Position numbers and translations under genes: made by a program. Below, in pieces: positions 48,207 through 54,635 of a DNA stretch of 57,091 nucleotides (position 1 is the first letter of the stretch; every line of letters begins with the position of its first letter). Where the stretch lies: positions 1 through 57,091 of IMG/VR virus record IMGVR_UViG_3300018915_000004. One strand, 5' to 3'. The DNA is from a virus. Under the pieces are notes generated by a model. It saw nothing but the letters and a program-made list of their open reading frames with translations, was not told where the DNA came from and did not search any database.

Positions 48207-49355
48207 ATGGATCTAACAAGTATCTTTGAATTTATCGCCGCGTTTATTAAAGGCGGTTTTATCAGGACGATCGCCCAAGATCCGCGCATCCAGTTTGGGA
48301 CGGAGCGCCGCCCTTTGCTTTTGGCTCAATATCTCCCTGTCGTCAGGACTGATACAAACGTACTAGTCGATCAGATCCTCCGGTTTGGAGAACTGATCGC
48401 AGATGACGGATCGCCTATGGCACCGCCGCAAATTAAGCGCCCTCCTGCTGCTGCCTTGCCAATGACCACAAGGTTAGGACATTTAGACATAGCGGTTCAG
48501 ATGTCGGGAGAAGATATGCAACGCCTTGGTAATCTGCTTACTGGAACGGATCGAAGCGCCGCCCAAGGTTTTGTTGCAAGATGGCTCACAACTAACGTAA
48601 GACTCGCGCTTGAATCCAAGGCAGAATTGCAACGCGCCCAAGCGATCGCAGATGCCAGGGTTTCAATTGTGAATAAAGACGGTGACACCCTCCAAGTCAA
48701 TATCCCAAACCCAGCAGGACATAGGGTACTTGTTCCCTCTGGAACTCTTGCCGCTCCTGCTGGCTGGTATGCCGATGGGTACGATCCGCTGATTAACGAT
48801 ATTTTGCCTATGAAGCAGCTATTAGCTTCTAAAGGCTATGTCATCCGAGCGATTATCTATTCAACTCGGATTCAGGGCGTGTTGCTCTCGAATGACACGA
48901 TCATCCGTAGATCAGGCGGCGGCGGCATCGTTGTCACCTCAACGGGGCAACTTCAACCGATCCTTGGATCGACCAACGACGCGGCGCTAGGCGCTTTGTT
49001 TGCCGCCAATGGCTTGCCTATCCCTACGATTTATGATCGCTTCTACAACACGCAGGTAGGAAGCTATCGCTACATCAGTGATGACAAGATGATCTTTATC
49101 TGTTCAACTGGACAGGATAGAGAAATAGAATTTTTGACCGAGCAAGGCTTAAAACGGGAATTACTGGGCGATGTCTTAGGCTACTACGGAGAGGGTATCT
49201 CAGCAGGGCAGATCACCTCAGGGACGGTGATCACCCTCAAGACAAGTGACGTTAAGCCAGTTGGTATTTACTGCGAAGGATACCGCGAGGGCTTCCCAGT
49301 AATCCAACACCCCGAAGCGATCGGGGTGATCACGATTCCAGCGCCCACAGCATAA
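48207..49355 (+). CDS. major capsid protein (lambda gpE-like, tentative family)
   Basis: 382 aa. Position, size and C-terminal ..GYREGFPVIQHPEAIGVITI are reminiscent of the gpE family. Confidence 0.7.
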   Translation: MDLTSIFEFIAAFIKGGFIRTIAQDPRIQFGTERRPLLLAQYLPVVRTDTNVLVDQILRFGELIADDGSPMAPPQIKRPPAAALPMTTRLGHLDIAVQMSGEDMQRLGNLLTGTDRSAAQGFVARWLTTNVRLALESKAELQRAQAIADARVSIVNKDGDTLQVNIPNPAGHRVLVPSGTLAAPAGWYADGYDPLINDILPMKQLLASKGYVIRAIIYSTRIQGVLLSNDTIIRRSGGGGIVVTSTGQLQPILGSTNDAALGALFAANGLPIPTIYDRFYNTQVGSYRYISDDKMIFICSTGQDREIEFLTEQGLKRELLGDVLGYYGEGISAGQITSGTVITLKTSDVKPVGIYCEGYREGFPVIQHPEAIGVITIPAPTA

Positions 49356-49368
49356 AAGAGGTTAAAAG

Positions 49369-49821
49369 ATGGCAACCAAAAAACCAGTTAAAAACCTGAC
49401 AGGTAGCGCAATAAGCTACAGAGGGAAAACTTACCCGATAGGCGCGGAAATTCCAGGCGATCTTGCGGCTGAGATGGGTTTAGAGTCGTTACCCGCTCAA
49501 ATTGCAGGGCAACAATCACAACAGCAACAACTGCCAATAACAATCAATGAGCGCGATCCTTTTGCGATCGCCGCCGCTCAATTCATTGCCCCTCCTCCCG
49601 CTCCTGCTAGCAGGGAGATCCCGGCAACATTGCAAAATGAGCCGTTAACGCCTTCAAGCAATGTTATTGATCTTGAGGATCAAGAATTGCCTGAGAACTT
49701 AGAAGGACTGGAGGAGCAACCGCCGCAAGAAGGGAAACAGGCAATTGATGAGCAAGGGGAACAACCGCCGCCGCCTCCTGAGACTGAAGTTAAAAAGAGT
49801 AGAAGATCTACCAACTCTTGA
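49369..49821 (+). CDS. hypothetical Pro/Gln-rich protein
   Basis: 150-aa ATG ORF preceded by AAGAGG. Confidence 0.6.
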   Translation: MATKKPVKNLTGSAISYRGKTYPIGAEIPGDLAAEMGLESLPAQIAGQQSQQQQLPITINERDPFAIAAAQFIAPPPAPASREIPATLQNEPLTPSSNVIDLEDQELPENLEGLEEQPPQEGKQAIDEQGEQPPPPPETEVKKSRRSTNS

Positions 49822-50207
49822 CAATGATTAACTCTGAACAGGCGATCGCTTTTATCCGCGCAATTCCTGCCGTTGCCGTTGTTTACAACAGTAACCATGA
49901 TCCGTTTATTCATAGTCTACTAGAGGCAACCAAGGGACAATTGCCCGTTGAGGAGGGCAAGCCACATCAATATTATTACCGTGTGTGGTTCGCCGCTTAC
50001 AGGTATTTACAACAATCTCCTGAACTCTTCCGAGTCAAAAAGCATGATCGGACGGAATTAGGTAGTTATGAATCTCCTCTCACGATGCTTTTGGAGCAAC
50101 AGGCGGCAGAGGATAGGCGGCTAGGGTTGCTCATCCCCGTAGGTCAATCAACGCTTGCACCAGTAGATCACTACACTGTCTCAATCAGGACAACAACCGA
50201 ATTTTAA
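49818..50207 (+). CDS. hypothetical head-tail region protein
   Basis: 129 aa with start overlapping the upstream stop. Confidence 0.6.
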   Translation: MTMINSEQAIAFIRAIPAVAVVYNSNHDPFIHSLLEATKGQLPVEEGKPHQYYYRVWFAAYRYLQQSPELFRVKKHDRTELGSYESPLTMLLEQQAAEDRRLGLLIPVGQSTLAPVDHYTVSIRTTTEF

Positions 50208-50231
50208 GATCGCTCAAATTTGGTCTATCTT
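50206..50231. promoter_or_regulatory. 26-bp quasi-palindrome copy 31
   Basis: AAGATCGCTCAAATTTGGTCTATCTT. Identical to copy 7. Overlaps stop 50205-50207 and ends 3 nt before ATG 50235. Confidence 0.9.
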
Positions 50232-50234
50232 CTC

Positions 50235-50645
50235 ATGGTTAATGTTTACAACTTGCAACTCTTCCAAAAAAGTACATTGCACTTTGACGGGGCAACTCAA
50301 CAGGCAGGGTATGACAAGCTAGGCAACCCGATTGTTTTACGCGATCGCAGGATCACCGTGGTTGCTCAGTTGGATCTTGACATAGGAGCGCAAAACGAGA
50401 GAAGGCAAGACATCGATCCAACGGAAGATAAAAGCGTTATTTACACGGGTCATATAATCTCAATCGAGGGCGGCAACGGTAGCTTGCCCGCGATCGGTAC
50501 ATCTGGCGCGGGAACGATTAACGGACAGGATGGAGCGGTTGAGCTATTACCTATTGGGCAAAGCTCAATAGGATTCACTAATGATCTTTTTGGAAAGCGG
50601 ATCAAGGTGAAATTTACCACGGTCACTGAGTACGGAAGGATCTAG
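50235..50645 (+). CDS. hypothetical head-tail region protein
   Basis: 136 aa from ATG 50235. The track TTG at 50220 lies in motif copy 31. Confidence 0.6.
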   Translation: MVNVYNLQLFQKSTLHFDGATQQAGYDKLGNPIVLRDRRITVVAQLDLDIGAQNERRQDIDPTEDKSVIYTGHIISIEGGNGSLPAIGTSGAGTINGQDGAVELLPIGQSSIGFTNDLFGKRIKVKFTTVTEYGRI

Positions 50646-50648
50646 CCG

Positions 50649-51074
50649 ATGCCAGCAAGGGTAATCAAATTCTCAACAACCGTTGATAAGGCTGAATTAG
50701 AGGTATTTTTTAGGCGCTCTGAAAAGCTTAAATATCAAGATCGCCCTGCAAAAAAATACATTGCCTACTTACTAGAGCAAACTCAACAACAATTTGAAGA
50801 TGAGGTTGATCCAACGGGTAAACCCTGGAAAAAGTTGAAACCCTCAACCCTAGCAAACAAGCGAACCGACAAGATCGGAACTGAAACCAGGGCAATGAGG
50901 CGATCAGTCTATGGGCGGCTTACTAAAGCAGGGAGAGGAGAAATAGCCTTTAAAGTGCCTTACGCGCCGTTTTTTGATAAAGAGAGGAGATTGCTAGGGA
51001 CAACACCAGAGCGGGAAAGAGAGGGTCAAAGGATCTTTGAGGAGCATTACCAGAAGTACTTGGGAGGCGTTTAG
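50649..51074 (+). CDS. virion morphogenesis / tail completion protein (Mu gpG / P2 gpS-like)
   Basis: ..QFEDEVDPTGKPWKKLKPSTLANKR..KIG..T.AMRRSV resembles the phage virion morphogenesis family. Confidence 0.6.
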   Translation: MPARVIKFSTTVDKAELEVFFRRSEKLKYQDRPAKKYIAYLLEQTQQQFEDEVDPTGKPWKKLKPSTLANKRTDKIGTETRAMRRSVYGRLTKAGRGEIAFKVPYAPFFDKERRLLGTTPEREREGQRIFEEHYQKYLGGV

Positions 51075-51077
51075 AGC

Positions 51078-51611
51078 GTGGTTGACTTCCTGAAGGTTTA
51101 TGAGGCGGTTGCGGCAAGATTGCAACCCTTGAGAGAGGAGGTAGAGGCAGCAGGGCTATTAGTCAGAGCGATCGCCGGGGATGAGAGCATAGGTAGGGAG
51201 GGCGGCGACAATAAAGGGAGCGTCTATTTTTTTGTAGCAACTGGGCGATCGCAACAATCCGAGGTTATTGGCGTTGTCATTCAAACGGCGGTTTTTGTTC
51301 TTAAGGTTGTCGTTGAAACCCCTAGTCATTATGGGGAGCAAGGAAGCCTTTATTTAACCCAGCGTTGCCTTGAGTTGCTAGTGGGTTTTAAAGTCCCACA
51401 GGGTAAGCGCGGCTTGTACTTCCTAGAGATGAAGACTTTTCGCGATCGCGCTACCTGGATAATAGAGTTAGACTTTGCGCTTGAGGTAGTTTTACAGGAG
51501 GCATTAGAGGAACAATATGAGCCGTTGTTAAAAACAATTATTTACACACAGGACGATCAGGAATTTGTAAGAGTGGAAGCGGGAGACTTGCCGCCAATAC
51601 CAGAACCCTGA
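51078..51611 (+). CDS. hypothetical structural protein
   Basis: 177 aa with a GTG start, in the head-tail joining region. Confidence 0.55.
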   Translation: MVDFLKVYEAVAARLQPLREEVEAAGLLVRAIAGDESIGREGGDNKGSVYFFVATGRSQQSEVIGVVIQTAVFVLKVVVETPSHYGEQGSLYLTQRCLELLVGFKVPQGKRGLYFLEMKTFRDRATWIIELDFALEVVLQEALEEQYEPLLKTIIYTQDDQEFVRVEAGDLPPIPEP

Positions 51612-51674
51612 TATTGAGTTCTACGGTTATTGAGTGCTTGACATATAATCAAAGCAATCCAAACAAAAAACAGA

Positions 51675-51956
51675 ATGACTAAATTCTCAAGGTTCATCTA
51701 CGGGGGTCATTTACCCGTTAGCGGCTTAACTTTTCCTGCTACTGCTGAAAGTGGCTCAACTGAAGTAGAAGTGATCCTGAATCCAGGTAAAGAGGTTGAA
51801 ATCCCCTCAGGATTTGTTGCTTCTCCCAATGTTCAAAGCTTGATTGAGAATGGACATTTAACACCAGTAGAGGAGGAACCGACTAAAGAACAGGAGTTAG
51901 AGCAACCTCCTGCAACAACAAGCCGCGCTAAAAATACAACACCAGAGGGTAAATAA
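51675..51956 (+). CDS. hypothetical protein
   Basis: 93-aa ATG ORF whose stop overlaps the sheath start. Confidence 0.6.
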   Translation: MTKFSRFIYGGHLPVSGLTFPATAESGSTEVEVILNPGKEVEIPSGFVASPNVQSLIENGHLTPVEEEPTKEQELEQPPATTSRAKNTTPEGK

Positions 51957-53383
51957 TGACAGCCTTTTTGCATGGTATTGAGACACAATACCTCAACGCT
52001 GGCGGTGTCCCAATTTTTGACACGCCAACAACAATCATAGGGATTGTAGGGACGGCACCAAAAGGAGCGGTTAATGAGGTGACTTTGATCACTTCAGACA
52101 CTCAAGCCGCTGAGGTGTTTGGTATAAGAAAATCTGGCTATACGCTAGCTTATGCGTTTGATGCCATTTATGATCACGGCGGCGCGTTGATGCTTGTTGT
52201 CAATGTCGCTGATAAAGTCGCCGTTGTTGCTCCCGCCGATCGCACGTTTAACAATGAGACTGAACGCGCAATGATCGGGAGGCAATATGTAAGCGCTGTC
52301 ACTGTTACGAACGCGGCGGCTACAACAACCTATAGCCCTGTTACTGATTACACGCTAGACAGCGATCAGGGAATTATCACGCGCCTCTCAACTGGCACGA
52401 TTCCCAAGGGCGGAACTGTAAGAGTTGGTTACAGTTTTATAGATCCTTCCTTAGTTGTTCCTGCTGACATTGTGGGCGGCGTATCGGTAACAGGGAAGAG
52501 GACAGGCTTACACGCCCTACTCAATGCCTCAGCTAAATATGGTCTATCTCCAACGTTAGTAATAGCGCCTGGGTTTAGCCCTCTAAGTTCAGTTAGTTCT
52601 GAAATGAACGCGATCGCGGATCGTCTTCAGGCTGAGCGCTACATAGATGCTTCTATTGGCGCAACATTTGATCAAGTACTGGCAGGGCGCGCAAGCGGCG
52701 CGGCACCTGTTAGCAATTTCAATACGGCTAATTTAAGGGCGTTGCTGTGTTACCCACATTTAAAGCGCTTTGATGTGGATACAGGCGCGGAAGCCTTAGA
52801 ACCTTATAGCCAGAGAGCGGCAGGTTTACGCGCCCAAACCGATAGAAGGTTTGGTTTCTGGTATTCTCTCTCTAATAAAGAGATCCAAGGGGTTGTCGGG
52901 GTAGAGAGAGAGCTTACAACCTCTTTTGATGATCCTCTTTCTCAGAATCAAATTTTGAACTCTAGAGGGATCTTTACATACCTGCAAGTAGAGGGCGGCG
53001 GCTTGCGTAGTTGGGGCAACAGATCCGCCGCTTTTCCCAGTATCACAACTCCTGATAACTTTCTAGTTATTCAACGGGTAAGAGACATTATTGCCAAGGG
53101 TATTCGCCGCGCTAGTTTGCAGTTTATCGATCTACCTATAAACGGTGGCTTGATTGATGCGATCCGGGTTTCCATTCTTGCCTACTTCCAAGAGAAAACC
53201 GTACAAGGAGCATTACTGCCAGGTTCACAATGCTTGTTCCTTCCAGGGGATAACCCTGCTTCAGCGATCGCTAAAGGGCAACTCATATTTACCACGGTCG
53301 TTTTCCCTCCTCCTCCCTTAGAGAAAATCGTTGATAAGCAGGTTTTAGATATCAGCCTTGCAGCAAGCCTAATAAGAGCATAG
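51956..53383 (+). CDS. contractile tail sheath protein
   Basis: 475 aa. N-terminus FLHGIETQY......TIIGIVGTAPKGAVNEVTLITS..QAAEVFG is typical of sheath proteins. Confidence 0.8.
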   Translation: MTAFLHGIETQYLNAGGVPIFDTPTTIIGIVGTAPKGAVNEVTLITSDTQAAEVFGIRKSGYTLAYAFDAIYDHGGALMLVVNVADKVAVVAPADRTFNNETERAMIGRQYVSAVTVTNAAATTTYSPVTDYTLDSDQGIITRLSTGTIPKGGTVRVGYSFIDPSLVVPADIVGGVSVTGKRTGLHALLNASAKYGLSPTLVIAPGFSPLSSVSSEMNAIADRLQAERYIDASIGATFDQVLAGRASGAAPVSNFNTANLRALLCYPHLKRFDVDTGAEALEPYSQRAAGLRAQTDRRFGFWYSLSNKEIQGVVGVERELTTSFDDPLSQNQILNSRGIFTYLQVEGGGLRSWGNRSAAFPSITTPDNFLVIQRVRDIIAKGIRRASLQFIDLPINGGLIDAIRVSILAYFQEKTVQGALLPGSQCLFLPGDNPASAIAKGQLIFTTVVFPPPPLEKIVDKQVLDISLAASLIRA

Positions 53384-53393
53384 GAACAAAAAA

Positions 53394-53909
53394 ATGACTC
53401 AGATAATCAGAAATCTGAATACTAGCGTAATTTGGATCGCTGGGACGGACTTTCAAGGACTCGTTAAGGATGTCGAGCTTCCAGAGCTAGAAAGCGAAAT
53501 AGACGACGATGGGAGATCAGGCTTAGTAGGTATTAGCCCAAGCTTTGTAGGGATACAAAAGCCTGAGGCAACATTTACCTTTGCGTCTTGGTCAATCCGT
53601 TGGGCGCATGAATTCACAGACCTAACCAAATTAATCTATGTAACATTTCGGGGCGCTCTAGCTGATTCCCGCGATGCTACAAATGTACAACCCTATGTTG
53701 TGACAGTGGCAGGATTGAGCATGAAAGCGCCTATGGGCGGCGCGTCTCCTCAAGAAAATACAGAATGGGAGTGTGGTTTGCACGTAACTGCCATCCGGCA
53801 AACAGTTGATGGTACGGAAATACTTAATTACAACGCTGAAACCAACGAATATAGTGTACTTGGAAAAGATATCCTGAAGAGTACACGCCAAGCGCTAGGA
53901 CTTGTTTAG
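53394..53909 (+). CDS. tail tube protein
   Basis: 171 aa. ..NLNTSVIWIAGTDFQGLVKDVELPELESE..D.....G resembles major tail tube proteins. Follows the sheath gene. Confidence 0.75.
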   Translation: MTQIIRNLNTSVIWIAGTDFQGLVKDVELPELESEIDDDGRSGLVGISPSFVGIQKPEATFTFASWSIRWAHEFTDLTKLIYVTFRGALADSRDATNVQPYVVTVAGLSMKAPMGGASPQENTEWECGLHVTAIRQTVDGTEILNYNAETNEYSVLGKDILKSTRQALGLV

Positions 53910-54453
53910 TATGACTAAGACCGTAAAACTGAAAGGAGACAGGATCGCAGAAGTCAAACCATTGACAGCGAGAGATTTTTTTGAATTCAACGAACAAGCG
54001 CAAAAATTAGGGGCATCGGCGGCTAGCTTAGGTCTGTTTTTGAAGGCGGTCACAGTAAACGGTGAACCCGTCACACCCGAAAATATTAATCAGCTTCTAA
54101 GGTTTCGCGATCGCCTTAAGGTTGATGCTTTTGTTTTTAAGGTGGACGGTGAACCGAAGATCAACGACGGCGCGGATCAGTTTTTTGACTCGGAAGATTT
54201 CACCCTGCCAGACGGCAGACGGATCGAGGTGCTTGATCCTGATGGGTCACTGTATGATTCTTATGTTGCAACTCAAGGCAAGAGTTACAGCAAAGCGCTC
54301 GCCCTTGCATTTAAAGGGTTGTTTACGATTGACGGTAAGCCGTTGGACGATCAAGCGCTAGACACTCTTTACCCTGAGGGACTAGGCTTTGAGGCGGCGG
54401 CGCTTTTACTCCCCTACTTAGTGAGTTTTTTTCAACCCTCCCAAGCCCCCTAG
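53902..54453 (+). CDS. tail assembly chaperone (P2 gpE / lambda gpG analogue)
   Basis: 183 aa, between the tube and tape measure genes. Carries a slippery heptamer near its 3' end. Confidence 0.7.
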   Translation: MFSMTKTVKLKGDRIAEVKPLTARDFFEFNEQAQKLGASAASLGLFLKAVTVNGEPVTPENINQLLRFRDRLKVDAFVFKVDGEPKINDGADQFFDSEDFTLPDGRRIEVLDPDGSLYDSYVATQGKSYSKALALAFKGLFTIDGKPLDDQALDTLYPEGLGFEAAALLLPYLVSFFQPSQAP

Positions 54454-54602
54454 ACCTGATCGCCCTTTGTAAAGTAACGGGTTGGAGTTTAAGCGATTTT
54501 GAAAAAAAAAGCTTTTCTTCAATCCGTTTTTGGTTGAAACAAGCAATTGAGTATCAACGCTTGGAGGTAAAAGCAACAAAAGAAGCAAGCAAGGGCAAGT
54601 AA
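53902..54602 (+). CDS. predicted -1 frameshift extension of the tail chaperone (gpE+E' / gpGT analogue)
   Basis: Slippery T TTT TTT at 54426-54432 in the zero frame. The -1 frame stays open for 56 more codons (..WSLSDFEKKSFSSIRFWLKQAIEYQRLEVKA..) to TAA 54600-54602. Confidence 0.6.
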
Positions 54603-54604
54603 AA

Positions 54605-54630
54605 GTGATGTCCCAAATTTGAGCTATCTT
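54605..54630. promoter_or_regulatory. 26-bp quasi-palindrome copy 32
   Basis: GTGATGTCCCAAATTTGAGCTATCTT. Ends 5 nt before the tape measure ATG 54636. Confidence 0.85.
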
Positions 54631-54635
54631 AATCT

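Noticed and set aside
17901-50645. ORF-track start codons that lie inside the 26-bp palindrome or the -10 decamer (18281, 21979, 27521, 41351, 50220; GTG 16143)
   Set aside because: The motif contains ATG or TTG triplets and open frames (..AQIW.IL..), which artificially extend ORFs. Downstream ATGs with better context were used instead.
1637-54630. 26-bp palindrome as a conserved RNA hairpin or intrinsic terminator
   Set aside because: The variable inner positions of the two halves do not co-vary and most sites would mispair at 2-4 positions. There is no U-tract. Many copies sit 4 nt before a start codon inside operons.
1637-54630. 26-bp palindrome as a promoter for a phage-encoded single-subunit RNA polymerase or sigma factor
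   Set aside because: I recognised no RNA polymerase or sigma gene. The element is symmetric. Several copies are too close to the start codon, or lie between convergent genes, to act as promoters.
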